Source: Neovahlkampfia damariscottae
Lineage: Eukaryota
Direction: 5' to 3'
DNA length: 61,433 nt
NCBI GenBank assembly: GCA_016618085.1
Contig: JABLTG010000127.1
Span: 1-61,433, forward strand
The notes under the pieces are model-generated. The model searched no databases. It worked only from the letters and a program-made list of their open reading frames with translations, and was not told where the DNA came from. The translations under genes and the position numbers were made by a program. This document shows, in pieces, positions 12,623 through 25,559 of the stretch; position 1 is the stretch's first letter, and each line of letters starts with the position of its first letter.

Positions 12623-13518
12623 ATGTATTGGACTAAGTGTGTTTTGCTATTCTTGTTTCTTCACCAGGTTTCAGGTTTGAAAAACTTAAAAAACATTAAC
12701 AAACAAAGCTGGTTGGGAAATATTGAGAAATTCAAGAGATATTCTTCCAAAAAAAGGAAAAGGTTTTGACTTTAGTACGTCTGCTTCTGAAATCAGATGG
12801 ACAGTTTCTTGTTCACAAAGTTGTGATGTTTATTTATTAGATGAATATAATTTGAATCTATTACTCGCTGGAAGTAGTTTTAGTTATTTTTACAGCAAAG
12901 TTGGAACTACTTTATCAACATTTCAATCCACTGACACCAATGCAATAAAAGCAAAAGTTATTATTTTTGCTGTGAATCCTTCAAGCACAAATACTCTCAC
13001 TGCTACTTTCACTCAAGAACAGTTAGTAGCTTCAACAGATAGTTCACCTTTTGGAGGTATAATTGGAACATTAGGTGGTATTGTAGTTGGTTTTTTAGGT
13101 TTTGGATGCTTTTGTTTGGTTGGAATTTGTTGTCTTTGTTAGTTTTTTTTTTTCAATTTTTTTACTTTTTTTTTTTGAAGATGCAGTATTTGTTGCACAG
13201 AAAAGATCAGGTTTTATTCAACCAGCTCCAACTGTTCTTGTTGATTATGGTGATTATAATGTCCAATCCAATCAAACATACATCGTAGATGGTGATAGAG
13301 GAGACAGATATTATGACAATGATAGAGTTGATTATGGAAATAATAGAGGTGATTATGGTGATTATGGTGATTACGGAGATAGAAGTGATTCTGGTGGCTA
13401 CTCTGGAGGTTATGGAGGTGGATTCTCAAGTGGAGGAAATGAATATGGTGGTGATACTGGCGGTGATTATGGTGGAGACACTGGAGGTGATTTTGGTGAT
13501 GGTGGAAATGAGTACTAA
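12623..13518 (+). CDS. Type I membrane protein family, copy 4
   Basis: Signal peptide, GKGFDFST domain, Cys-rich TM end, tail VDYGDY...GGDFGDGGNEY. Confidence 0.8.
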
Positions 13519-13529
13519 ATAAAATATTT

Positions 13530-16500
13530 TTATTTAATTTCCTCCAATGCTTTGAGGGTATCTTTTGAATTCATTCTATCCTTTGGATTCAAGGATAATA
13601 AATTACATACAATTTCAATCAATTTTTCTGAATAATTCTCAGACAATTCAATTTCCAAAATTGACTTCAAATTTCCACTAATAGAATCCAGATACAAAAC
13701 TCTATCTTTATTCATCATCATTCTGTAAATAATACCACCAAAACTAAATAAATCATTTGAAAAATTATGTGATTTTTGTTCAATAACTTCAGGCGAAACA
13801 TAAACTAAATAAAAAATTTAACTTCAATAAAGTTACATAAAGATCCAAGCATTGAGTTCTTATCATTTTTTTCCAATGAATGAGCAAAATCACCAATTTT
13901 TAAAATGATATCATTTTCATTTTTTTCAATGAAAATATTCTCAGGTTTCAAATCTGAATGAATTATCTCATTTTCATGGATGTAAATGATTCCTTTTAAG
14001 ATTTGTATAGCAAATGGAATAATTTCTTTTTCCGGCATTCCCTTTGGATATTTTTCATCCAAGTACATCATCAAATCACCTTGATATAATTTCATCACTA
14101 AGCAAATGAATGAAACTTCCGTTATTTTATTCTCTTGTTCAAATATGTCATAAATTTCATAAATATTTTCATGTTTTAATTTTTGAAGCATCAAGTATTC
14201 TTTGAAGACAATATTGATATCTTCGGTATCTTCAATGATTATATTTTTTTGTGCATATTCAATACCATCTCTTTCTACTTTGAAAACCATTGCTTCTCCT
14301 CCTTCTGCTATTTTATTGATGATTTTGTATCTACCAAATGTAACAGATGCTTTTATTTCATCAGAAGCATATTTCCAACATTCTGGTGAATTTTCAACTG
14401 CAACCGCAACTATATCTCTCGAATTTCTCAATTGGTATGACAAGAATTTCAAGCACTCACCATTGGAAGAAACAACTAATTTCCCCAATTCATAATTATT
14501 CTTCAATTCTTTGCTTGCATATTGAATTGACAATGGATTCATTTCTACTGCTAATTTCACAACTTCAAAAGAATTTTGATATTCAGGATCCATGAATCCT
14601 AATAAGAATCCATCTTGTTTGATACAATCAAAAATGATATCTTTGTCCATTTGAAGATCTTGTGATATGTAATTGAAACAATAAGCACCTTGAAGTTTTA
14701 AAGCTTTCTTTACAAAATTTTTATCACTTTTTAAAGGAGAGTAATGAAGATATTTTGAATCTTTTTTTAACAAATCAAAAATGAATTCCTCATTTTTCTT
14801 GATTTCGTCAGAAGCATATTTAAGATATTCAGGTTTTTGTTTAATTGAAATATTTACAAAATCTTGATCATTTTTTAATTCAGACGACACAAACTCTAAA
14901 TTTTTTCCAGATGAAGTGACAAATGCAGTCATCAATTCTTTGTTATTCTTTAAAGAATCTGGAACTTTAAATTGTAAAGAATGACCAGCTTTTGCAGCTT
15001 CTATCAATAATTCTTCATCATTTAATAAAGAATCATCAACAAATTCTAACAAATTATTTTGTTTTGAATGATAATGACCAAATGAATATAAAACCAAATT
15101 TTTGTTGTTACGGATTTCTGAAGAAGCAAATTGCAAATTTTTTGGATTTGTTTCTATTGAAGTTCTAACAAATTCCATTTTTGACTGGAATTCCTTTGAC
15201 GCATATTTTAATAAGTTTCCCATTTTCAACGCTTTCAAAACAACGTCAGAATCATTTTTCAAATTCATTCCAACGTCTTGTAAAACATTCACATCATCAT
15301 GTAATTTTGATAAATCATTGAAGTAATTCTCGAAAGCAAGTAAAACTAAATCTTTTTGATTTTTCAAATTCTTTGAAGAATACTTCAACATTTTTCCATT
15401 TTTTTGTAACACTTTTGAAAAGAAATCTTTAGAGTCTTTTAAGATATCAGAGATATATTCGATTGATGATTGGTTAATATCAAATGCTCTCAACATGAAA
15501 TTTGGATCATTTTTCAATTTCAATGAGACAAAGTACAATGATTTCACATGTTGTTTGATGCCTTCAATTATAATTTCTTCATTTGATTTATATTCTTCAG
15601 GAAGAAATTTAATGGACATTGAGTTTTTCTTAAATGCAGTCATATAAATATCATTATCATTTTTCAAACGATCAGATACATATTCTAGTATTAAAGGGTT
15701 GATATTCACTGCTTGAATGATCAATTTCTTATCATCTTTCATTTGTTCAGTTGCATAAATAAAATAATGATAATCCTTTTTGATGTGCTCAAGGCAACGA
15801 TCAGGAATTTTCATATCCAGTTTTATTTTTTGTAAAGCAGAAACTTTTGAATTGGTGATTGAAATTTCATTTTTTCTTGAAGGAGATGATAATGTTTGTT
15901 GTGGTTTTGGTATTCTATTTTGTTTTTTCTTTGAAATTTGTTGAGGAATTGGTGGGATAAATTTAGATGAAAATACATCATCTTCAGAATCATATTCTTC
16001 ATCTTCGTCATCAGAAATATCTTGGCAACTGTTTTGTTGTTCTTCTTCTGAAGTATCTTGATTTTGAATGAAATCATCTGAATCTACTGAATATTCACTT
16101 TTTGAATCATCATACAAATCAAATGAATCATAAGCATCATATTCCTCATTTTGATCAATTTTGATGTTTTCAATTGGTTTGAAATCGATGACATTTTGAT
16201 CAATTTCATTTTCTTTAATGTCTCGTTTTCCTTCTAAAAATTGGATCACTTCAAAATGATTTAACCTTTTTTGAGGATCAGATTGTAACAGATTCATCAA
16301 TAATTCAATCAAAATTTCTGAATTTAACCAGACTGATTTATAAATCCATTCAAAATTTTCCTTAATAGAATCAAGATACAAAGGTTTCTCCTTTCCACTC
16401 AACAAGAAAAATAAAATACCTCCAAGTGAAAAAATATCACATTTTGAATTGTATTTTGATCCCTGAAAAATTTCTGGAGCACAATAATTCATAGTTCCAA

Positions 16501-17923
16501 CTTTTGTTTTTCTTAAAGTTTTCATTGAACTTTGACATGATAAACCGAAATCTCCAACAATCAATTTTTGATCATCCGAGATAAAAATATTCTCTGGTTT
16601 TAAATCACGATGAATGATTCCATTCTGATGCATATGTTGAATGGCTTCTGACAGCTGTTTGACATATTCAATCAATTGATTTTCAGATAATGAATTTTTG
16701 TTTTTAATGATAAAATGATACAAATCTGAGTTGTATAAAGGCATTACAATGTGAAAAATGAAAACTTCAGATTCTTCATTGATGTCAGTGAAGAAATCAA
16801 TCATTTCACAAATTCTTGGATGTTTCAATTTGGTTATCATAATCACCTCTTTTATTGATGAATTTAAATCATCAAGATCAAGTTCCATTGATTTCATTGC
16901 AAATATAGAATCATCTTTTTTTCTCTTGACTTTAAAAACAGTTCCTTGTGCTCCTCTTCCAATTTTTGAAAGGATATTATATTCATTGATGTTCGTTTTG
17001 GTTTCTAAAACTGTAATTTCTTCATTGTTAAATGAATTTAAAATGACATTTAAAGATTTCAATTTTTTCATTGCTTTTGAATGTTTTAAACGAATTGCTT
17101 CTTCAAAAAGTGTTTTTGCTTTTTCAAAATCTTTTTCTGAACCTTCAAAATAAATTATACCGAGTTGGTAATGAGCATCTGCATGTTTTGAAATCACTCC
17201 TTTTTCAAAGATTTCAATGATGATATCTTCATAATTCAAAAGACCTCTGAATTGTAAATTCAATGCAATTTGATGTAGAATTTCATAAGAAATCAAAAAA
17301 TCATCGTTTTTGATTTCAGGTGATGTTTTATAAGCTTCTAAAAAAATTATTGGATTTTCCACCAATAATGTTGAATTGACAAATTGAATTGATCTTCCAT
17401 TCTGTTTTACAGATTCCATTGCGATGTTTTTTGAAGATTTTAATTGTTCAGTTGCATTTTTTAATAACATTCCATCAATTCTAACCAATTCAAGAACAAT
17501 TTGAGAATCTGAATAGAATTTGAAGTCAACTTCAGAAACTGACATTCTGTTTTCTTTTAATTTTTTTAAAATCAAGAGTTTTTCGTAAAATAATCTGTTT
17601 TGGTCATATTTTTCTTTTATGTTTTTTTCTTCAATTTGTTGTTTGGTTTTTAGTGGCTGAAGTTGTTCTGTTCTAATGTTTTTTATTTTTTGAATTGTAT
17701 TCTCTTCTGTGAACTCTTTTTCTTTTGATGGTCTACTGAAGAGGTTTGAGATATAGTCAATTGGAGCATTATACCAAGGTTGAGTTGGTGTTTTTGTTGG
17801 AACAAATTTGGGTTCAGATTTGGTTGATAAATAGGTTTTTTGACGAACAGATTTTCCTAATGAATCATTTTCATCGTTATCTGAATCAAACAAAGACTCA
17901 GTGCGGTAACTTTGTTTTTTCAT
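13530..17923 (-). CDS. Dual Ser/Thr kinase with DUF4116-like repeats and a Sel1/TPR-like repeat
   Basis: Kinase 1: IGRGAQG, AMK, HRDLKPEN, DFG, APE. Kinase 2: HSDLKPEN, DFA, SPE after one intron. Many LKYASxELKND repeats; AHYQLGIIYFEG Sel1-like motif. Confidence 0.9.
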
Positions 17924-17985
17924 TTTTTTTTTCTGATCCAATCAGAAATTGTGGGTATGAAAAAGAAGTTCTTGCAAAGAAAGTT

Positions 17986-18294
17986 TTATTTTTTTTTAGA
18001 TTTCATTTTATGAAGTGGCATTCTCCCACCGAAAGTCGAATCAAAAAATTTTCCACTATGAGGTTTTTTCAATTCTGTTGGTACATCACCTGGGTCTACT
18101 AATTCCACAGGTTCGTATTTCATCGGCATTCTTCCTCCAAAAGTTGGATCAAAGTGGAGTCCAGCAGTCAATCCATTCAGTTCAGCTGTTTCTTCTGCTT
18201 GTTGAGCTGTATCAGGACCAGAAAGTAAATCATCCATTAAATCTTGATTTTCACTTTGTTTTTGGAATGGTGGAGGAGGTGGTAGGTTTGACAT
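17986..18294 (-). CDS. Small hypothetical protein with duplicated FDxTFGGRMP motif
   Basis: 102-aa ORF with CCAAT about 35 nt upstream, poly-Pro N-terminus and internal 10-aa repeat. Confidence 0.7.
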   Translation of the reverse strand: MSNLPPPPPFQKQSENQDLMDDLLSGPDTAQQAEETAELNGLTAGLHFDPTFGGRMPMKYEPVELVDPGDVPTELKKPHSGKFFDSTFGGRMPLHKMKSKKK

Positions 18295-18615
18295 GTGTTT
18301 TTGTTGAATCTAAACTTTTTGTTATGATTGGATGCTAAAAATAAATTTATCCTTGACCTAAGACAAAAAAGACCATAAAAAACTTATTTGAAACATCATT
18401 TTAATGTTTCAACCTTTGTTGGTGATAGAGTAAGTTAGATGACTTGATTTGAAAAAGTGTCTAAAAAAATCAGAACAACACAATAAAATCAAGCATGAAG
18501 ATGATTGGGTGATGAAAACAGTAAACAGTTCAAGTTAATTAAATGAATCAAGTGAATTTTAATCGTTTTTTGTTGGGTATAAAGTTTGAATTGGAAACCA
18601 AAATGATTGGTCAAA

Positions 18616-20219
18616 ATGATCCTTATCTTAAACTTCGGAGGTGAGGAAACAAATCCAACTGACTTTTAAAGGACAATTTTGTCATTTAATTGCAAGAAGA
18701 ATACGTGAATTACAAGTTCTTTGTGAAATTGTTCCATACAACGTTTCAGTCTCAGAAATTAGAAAATTAAATCCAGTTGGAATTATTATTTCTGGAGGTC
18801 CTTCAAGTGTTTACGAACAAGACTCTCCACTTCCTGATTCAGATTTATTCAATTTAGATATTCCAATTCTTGGTAATTCAAACAAATTCTAAAAAAACAG
18901 GAATTTGTTATGGGCAACAACTCATTGCAAAATTTACAGGTGGAAAAGTTGAAAAATCATCAAAAAAAGAATATGGTCTTAAAATAATCAATGTTCAAAA
19001 AAACTCACTCTTATTGGATGGATTAGAATCAACAGAAAAAGTTTGGATGTCTCACAGTGATCATGTTGTCGAATTATCATCTGAATTTGATATCATTGCA
19101 AGTTCAGATACATGTAAATACGCAGCAATCGAAAACCAAAAAAAAAAAATTTTTGGAATTCAATTTCATGGAGAAGTTCACCATACAACATGTGGAAAAA
19201 TTATTTTTGAAAATTTCGTTTTTAAAATTTGCAAAGCAACAAAAGACTGGAAAATTGAAAACGTAACTGACAGAATCATCAAAGAATTGAAAGAGAAAAT
19301 TGGTGAAGACAGTGTTATTATGGGTGTTTCTGGAGGTGTTGATTCAACTGTTGCTGCAACTTTACTTCATCATGCTATTGGGAAAAATCTTCATTGTGTA
19401 TTCATTGATAATGGATTATTACGCAAAGATGAAAGAGAAGAAGTTTGTCAAATGTTTCAAAATGATTTGTCAATGGAAAATTTTCTTTGTATTGACGCAA
19501 AGGAAGAATTCTTAACAGGATTAAAAGGAATCACAGATCCAGAAGAAAAAAGAAAAATAATTGGTCACACATTTATCAAAATCTTTGAAAATGCAATTGA
19601 AAAAATTATCAAAGAAACAAAAACTGAACATATCAAATTTTTAGGTCAAGGAACTATTTATCCAGATCGTATTGAAAGTGCAGAACCTACAAAACAAGCA
19701 TCCAAGATTAAATCTCATCACAATTTAACTTTACCTGATGATATGAAATTAAAAGTCATTGAACCATTAAGAGAATTCTACAAAGACGAAGTCAGAAAAG
19801 TTGGTGAAATTTTGAAAGTTCCAAAGAAATTGATCATGAGACATCCTTGTCCAGGACCTGCTTTGGCCATCAGAATTTTAGGTGATGTGACAGAATCACG
19901 TTTAAAAATTGTTAGAGAAAGTGATAAGATTTTTATTGATACCTTATGGGAAATGAACCACTATGATAAAGTTTGGCAAGCATTTGCTGTTTTGTTACCT
20001 TTGAAAACAGTTGGTGTTCAAGGTGATGCAAGAACTTACGAATTTATAATTTCATTGAGAGCTGTAAATTCTGTTGATGGAATGACTGCTGATTTTTGTG
20101 AACTTCCTTATGAATTATTGAGAACAGTCAGTTCAAGAATTATTAACAATGTTGATGGTGTGAACAGAGTTGTTTATGATGTTAGTCAAAAACCACCTGC
20201 AACTATTGAATACGAATAA
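18616..20219 (+). CDS. guaA: GMP synthase (glutamine-hydrolysing), 2 introns
   Basis: Spliced MILILNFGGQFCHLIARRIRE, LGICYGQQ, SGGVDS, IKSHHN, RVVYDVSQKPPATIEYE. Confidence 0.97.
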
Positions 20220-20506
20220 ACATTTTATTTCAATATCAGAATTATTTGATCATCTGTAATCCCAAGATGGAATGGTTGATCTCAAAACAGCAAATTTTCC
20301 CAGATTCTTTTTGATTGGACAATTATTCGAACTCTAAATTCCGGTAAGAACTGTTATTTCGGATAATTATCAAATTTGACTTTGGTTTTTTATTCATTGG
20401 TTGATCCCAAAACGGATTTTTTCCTTTCGGAAATTTTTATAAACTTCAATGATTGGTTGTTGTACCTCACAGTTAAAAAAACTACAAACCCCACAACAAA
20501 CACAAA

Positions 20507-21547
20507 ATGAAACCAGATTTAACAGAAAAATACGGAAAAGAAATGGACCAAACAATCAGTGTCATGTGCGCTGTTGGAAAAGGTCTTCTTGCTGCTGATG
20601 AATCCACAGGAACAATTGGAAAAAGATTTGACATGATTAAACTCGAAAACACAGTTGAAAACAGACAAGCATACCGTCAATTATTATTTGATGTTTCACC
20701 AGAAGCTAAACAATATATTGGTGGTGTAATTCTTTATGAAGAAACTTTATACCAAAAAACATCAGACGGAGTTCCTTTTGTAAAAGTTTTACAAGACAAC
20801 GGAATTGTTCCTGGAATTAAAGTTGACTTAGGTCTTATTGATATTCCTGGTAACACAGAAGGAGAACAAGTAGCTCAAGGACTTGATGGACTTTCAAAGA
20901 GAATGGCTCAATATTACAAAGATGGTGCTAGATTCGCAAAATGGAGAGGTGCTTATAAAGTTACACAAACATCACCAAGCAATCAATGTGTTCAAGACAA
21001 CGCTGTTATGTTAGCTAAGTATGCTGCTATTTGTCAAATTAACGGAATTGTACCAATCGTTGAACCTGAAGTACTTGTTACAGAAGGAGATAATACAATT
21101 GAAAGATCATATGAAGTTACAGAAACTGTACTTGCTGAAACATTCTATCAATTACAAAAACACAATGTTAACTTGGCAAGAATTGTTCTTAAACCAAATA
21201 TGGTTTTAGCAGGAAAAAAATGTCCAAAACAAAACACAGCTCAAGAAATTGCTGAAGCTACTGTTAAATGTTTAGCTGCTACAGTTCCTCCTGCTGTTCC
21301 AGGAATTTTATTTTTATCAGGTGGTCAAACTGAAGACGAATCAGCTATAAATTTAAATGAAATCAATAAAGTCAAAGCTGCTAAACCATGGTATCTTGGA
21401 TACAGTTATGGAAGAGCACTTCAACATTCAGCAATCATGGCTTGGCAAGGAAAAAAAGAAAACGTTAAAGCAGCTCAACAAGCATACTTAAACAAATCAA
21501 TCAACTGCTCATTAGCTTCACAAGGAAAATTAGATAAATGTCTTTAA
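20507..21547 (+). CDS. ALDO: Fructose-bisphosphate aldolase class I
   Basis: GKGLLAADESTGT, FAKWR, VPIVEPEV, LKPNMV, FLSGGQ, SYGRALQ. Confidence 0.97.
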   Translation: MKPDLTEKYGKEMDQTISVMCAVGKGLLAADESTGTIGKRFDMIKLENTVENRQAYRQLLFDVSPEAKQYIGGVILYEETLYQKTSDGVPFVKVLQDNGIVPGIKVDLGLIDIPGNTEGEQVAQGLDGLSKRMAQYYKDGARFAKWRGAYKVTQTSPSNQCVQDNAVMLAKYAAICQINGIVPIVEPEVLVTEGDNTIERSYEVTETVLAETFYQLQKHNVNLARIVLKPNMVLAGKKCPKQNTAQEIAEATVKCLAATVPPAVPGILFLSGGQTEDESAINLNEINKVKAAKPWYLGYSYGRALQHSAIMAWQGKKENVKAAQQAYLNKSINCSLASQGKLDKCL

Positions 21548-21752
21548 ATTTTTTTTTTTTTTTTTATTCCCAAATTAAAACTGTTTTTCAAGAAAAAGTC
21601 CGAATGACAAATGAAACATCATCGGAATATGGATGAGATTTGTTGTCCTATCATTTGATCTCAACTCCGAAAACTCCGTAAATTTTGTCTTTATAATCCA
21701 ATCATTTCTTCTCGGAGTTCCAAATCAAACAAAAAAAAACTCATAACAAAAC

Positions 21753-22850
21753 ATGACAGAATACTCACAATACCAACTTTCAGAATACTTAGGTAGTGAA
21801 TTACCAAATGAAAAAACTTTCACAATCACAAAACAAACAACACCTGAATTAAAAGACAAAGAAGTTTTATTAAAAGTTGTTGATTTATCAGTTGATCCAT
21901 ACATGAGAGGAAGAATGGGTAAAGGAGCTTTAGCAGGTTTTGGTTCATATTCATTGAACTCTGAAATTCCAACTATGGGTGTTGGAAAAGTTGTGGAATC
22001 AAAGAATGAAGATTATAAAGGTATTGTGAAGATTTTTTTAATTTTTTTTTAGTTGGTGATTATTATACTGGATCTTTGTCATTATCAGAATATTATGTAC
22101 TCAAAGAAGGTACTAAACTCACTAAAGTAGATCCATCAGTTCCTTTACATCTTTATCTTTCAGTTTTTGGATTAACAGGAGCTACAGCTTATTACGGAAC
22201 AGTTGGAATTCTTGAAGTCAAAAAAGACGATGTATTTGTAATAAATGCAGCCTCTGGAGCTTGTGGATTCGTGGCAGGAAGAATTGCAAAACTCAGAGGA
22301 GCATATGTAGTTGGAATTACAGGAGATGATGAAAAAGTTGATCATGTCATCAAAAAACATGGATTTGATGCAGCTATAAATTACAAAAACCACAATAATT
22401 TCGAAGAATTTTCCAAAGCTTTGAAAGAAAAATGTCCAAAAGGCATTGATCGATATTTTGATAATGTTGGTGGATATCAAACAGATGCAGTACTTGAATT
22501 AATGAACTATGGTGGAAGAATGGCTATCTGTGGACAAATATCTTACTATAATTCAGCACCTCATTTTCCAAAATTCACATTGGCTCAACTTATCTACAAA
22601 AATATTAGAATTGAAGGATTTGTAGTCAGTCCATTTTTTGCAACTCCATTATTCGGTCAATTTTTAAAAGAAATGTCAGAATGGATTAAAACTGGACAAA
22701 GTAAGAAAAATTACTTTTTTTTGATTAATTTATCAAGTTGTTTCTGATGACACAATTTTCAAAGGATTTGATAAAGTTCCAGAAGCATTTTTGGCATTAT
22801 TCACTGGAAAGAAACTTGGAAAAGTAATTATTTCACTTTCAGAAAAATAA
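21753..22850 (+). CDS. NADP-dependent oxidoreductase (prostaglandin reductase-like MDR family), 2 introns
   Basis: LSVDPYMRGRM, GLTGATAYYG, CPKGIDRYFDNVGG, CGQISYYN, GKKLGKVII. Confidence 0.92.
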
Positions 22851-23264
22851 ATTTTGTGTTAATTTCCTCTTTCAAAATTGGTAGGATTTGGAATTCAAAA
22901 ACTAAAATTTTTGCATTTTTTTTTTTTCGAAATTTCTATCGCTATAATTCTGAGTTTTTACTTCGTTTAAGTGGATGTACAAAAAAACTTCAGAAATGGT
23001 TTTAGAATGAAATCCAAAAGCAGATATAAATTTTTTTTCAGTGGCCTGAGGTACCAAAAATTTTGCTGTAGTGCACTATATATTTGGGTAATAATTCCTC
23101 GTTCATTGAGAAAACTTTTGATAAAACGACTGACTGAACAAAAAAATAAAGAGGAATGTCTGGAGACTATCTACTCTCGGGTATTCGAAAGTTGTGAATG
23201 TTTATTAGTTATTTTAATGCGCTTTTATAGCTCTTGTGCCTAGTTCCGATTGGTGTAAAGCTCC

Positions 23265-23596
23265 GAAGTACCTTGGATGTTTTTAAAAAATCTGCTGATT
23301 GGATGATTAATCATGAAATTACTGATAAAGAATTGAATGAGGCAAAATTTTTAGTTTTTCAAGATTTAGATTCACCTGTTTCACCTGCTGCAAAAGCATA
23401 CTCAAATTTTGTTTATGGATTTGATGATGAATTCAAACAAAAAAGAAGAAATATTTTACTAGATTGTGAAAAAAAAGATTTGATTAGAGTTTGTGAAATA
23501 TTTAGTCAATCTAAAACTCACATCAATTTCTGTATTAGGTTCAAAAGACGAAATTCCTGAATTATTAAAGAATCAAATGAATGGAATAAACAATAG
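23265..23596 (+). pseudogene. Truncated, frameshifted C-terminal fragment of a presequence protease (M16C)-like gene
   Basis: TLDVFKKSADWM...ELNEAKFLVFQDLDSPVSP...QKRRNILL matches the PreP/Cym1 C-terminus by eye; no upstream domains; frame break near 23495. Confidence 0.6.
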
Positions 23597-23998
23597 ATTC
23601 TTTATTAGTACTCTTATTGAACTTCAATTCCACTCCCTTTAATTTCATTCTCTTTCTTTTTGTTTTGTAATTTTTGAAGCCACATTGGAGTCCTCTTTAA
23701 TGATATGATAACCACATCAAAAATCTACAACATGGGAGAAGAAGGATTAGAAAAAGCATTTGTTCCAACCATTAAAACAAAAAATCCAATACATTTGGAT
23801 GAAGAAATAGTTCCATAGTTGACTGAAATGTACAATGGGATTTATTCATTTTCTTTGATTGTTAAAAAAAAATTACCTGCAAAAAAAAAATAAAAATATT
23901 CTTGAAAGCAACCTTGTTCTTTGTGGATTGATTTTTTCTCCTCTAATCAAATATCTGTTTATGAATAGATGAAGATTGTTAAAAGCAAACAATTTTTT

Positions 23999-24804
23999 TT
24001 ATTTTGTGTTTAGGGATGTGTTCATTTTCGTGATTTCTTGTTGAACTTGATGAATGTAAATTGGAGAATAAATATTGAAACAAACGAAAACCAATGCAAA
24101 AAAATACAATATTCCAGCAAAAACTTCAAGTGATATTGAAGGTATTAAAATTACTATACTCATCAAAATCATCAAAATTGAACTTTGAATCCACATCAAG
24201 TTGTAAATCATTGAATAGTGTTTTTTGTTCTTTCCAATGATAAAATAGTAAAAAATACAATCTGTAAGATGATCTACAGTCAATAGTAATTTTTGTGTCA
24301 ACAGAGAATACTTTTCAAATCTAAAAAATAATCCAAAATCCAATTCAAAAAAATATTCTTCAGTTTGGAATGGAAACATCAACAAAACACCTTTTAAATA
24401 AATAACATCAGATAATGAATGAAATAACATTCCTAAACATAATCCAATTCCAAAAAATCTGTTAAAATAATATGTCTTTGCAGAATTAACTGAAGAAAAA
24501 ACCAAAAATATCATCAAAATTGTGAACACGGAATGCGTCAAGGATCTATGCCAAAAATCAATATAATGCATTGTAATAACTCCTCCAGTTACTAAAAAAT
24601 GAAAAAATGTCTTTGATTTTAGTCAGAAAAATGCTGTTACCATAATAATGGTTAGTGGTAGATCAATATCTGGTAAAATAGAACCAATCATGATTCCATA
24701 TTTCAATTTTTCATTATTAAATAATAAAGTTAAGAGATATCCAATGAATAAATGAATTCCACCTTTTTCTTTTGTCAGTTGACTTGTTTTTGCAAACCTG
24801 GCAT
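23999..24804 (-). CDS. YdjM-like membrane metal-dependent hydrolase, 2 introns
   Basis: Spliced GIHLFIG...GSILPDID...HRSLTHS...HSLSD with several TM segments. Confidence 0.85.
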
Positions 24805-24913
24805 CTGTAGTTGATTGGTCAATCTTGACTTCATCGACTATTCAACTTATTACTTCATGGATAACCATTTAAGCTTAAAATAACATTTTTTTCCTTCTTG
24901 TAAAAAAATTTTT

Positions 24914-25466
24914 TTATTGTTTGAAATAAACATATAAAAAGAATGCTACTACAGCTGGGAATACAATCATCATTACATTGAATCCACCTTCCTCAATAAC
25001 AGGTTTGTCTTCTAATTTTGTTGATGCAGTTTTTTTCTTTCTTTCTGTATCAACAAATAAAACTTTTTCTTCTACATTTTCGTATCCTTCAAGAATTCCA
25101 ATGATATATTCATGTAATGTTAATTTAGCTCCATCTCCATGTCCAACATTGTCAAATCTAAATTCAAAAATGTTAACAAAATTTTTTTCAAAAATTTGAA
25201 TTTACGCTTCAGTACAATCTTCTTGACCTGCATGTTCTAATAAGATATCAGCACCACCTGGATGTTCATACTTAATTGTGTTAAAAATTTCGAATATTTT
25301 TTACTCTATATTTTGTAATATCAATTACTCTTCCTTCAACAACTACCTTTTAAATTTTAAGTTAAAAAAATAAAGTTTTTAGGTATACCCATTGTTCATC
25401 GTCATCTTCTGTATGTTTTGAAAGTTGTTCTTTTGTAATAACTTTTAATTCTGTTGTTCCTGGCAT
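24914..25466 (-). CDS. CYB5: Tail-anchored cytochrome b5, 3 introns
   Basis: Spliced W-VVVEGRVIDITKY-KYEHPGGADILLEHAGQEDCTEA-FDNVGH, with C-terminal TM. Confidence 0.92.
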
Positions 25467-25559
25467 TGGTTCTAATTCAGTGTATGGTATTCTCCTATTG
25501 GACGAATTTATTTTTCCGTTCAAATTAAAAAATAACAAACTCGGACAATTGATATTTTA

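Noticed and set aside
14183..17153. Several short plus-strand ORFs
   Set aside because: Antisense shadows of the long kinase ORF.
23600..23950. Possible small minus-strand gene
   Set aside because: In-frame stops and no recognisable motif.
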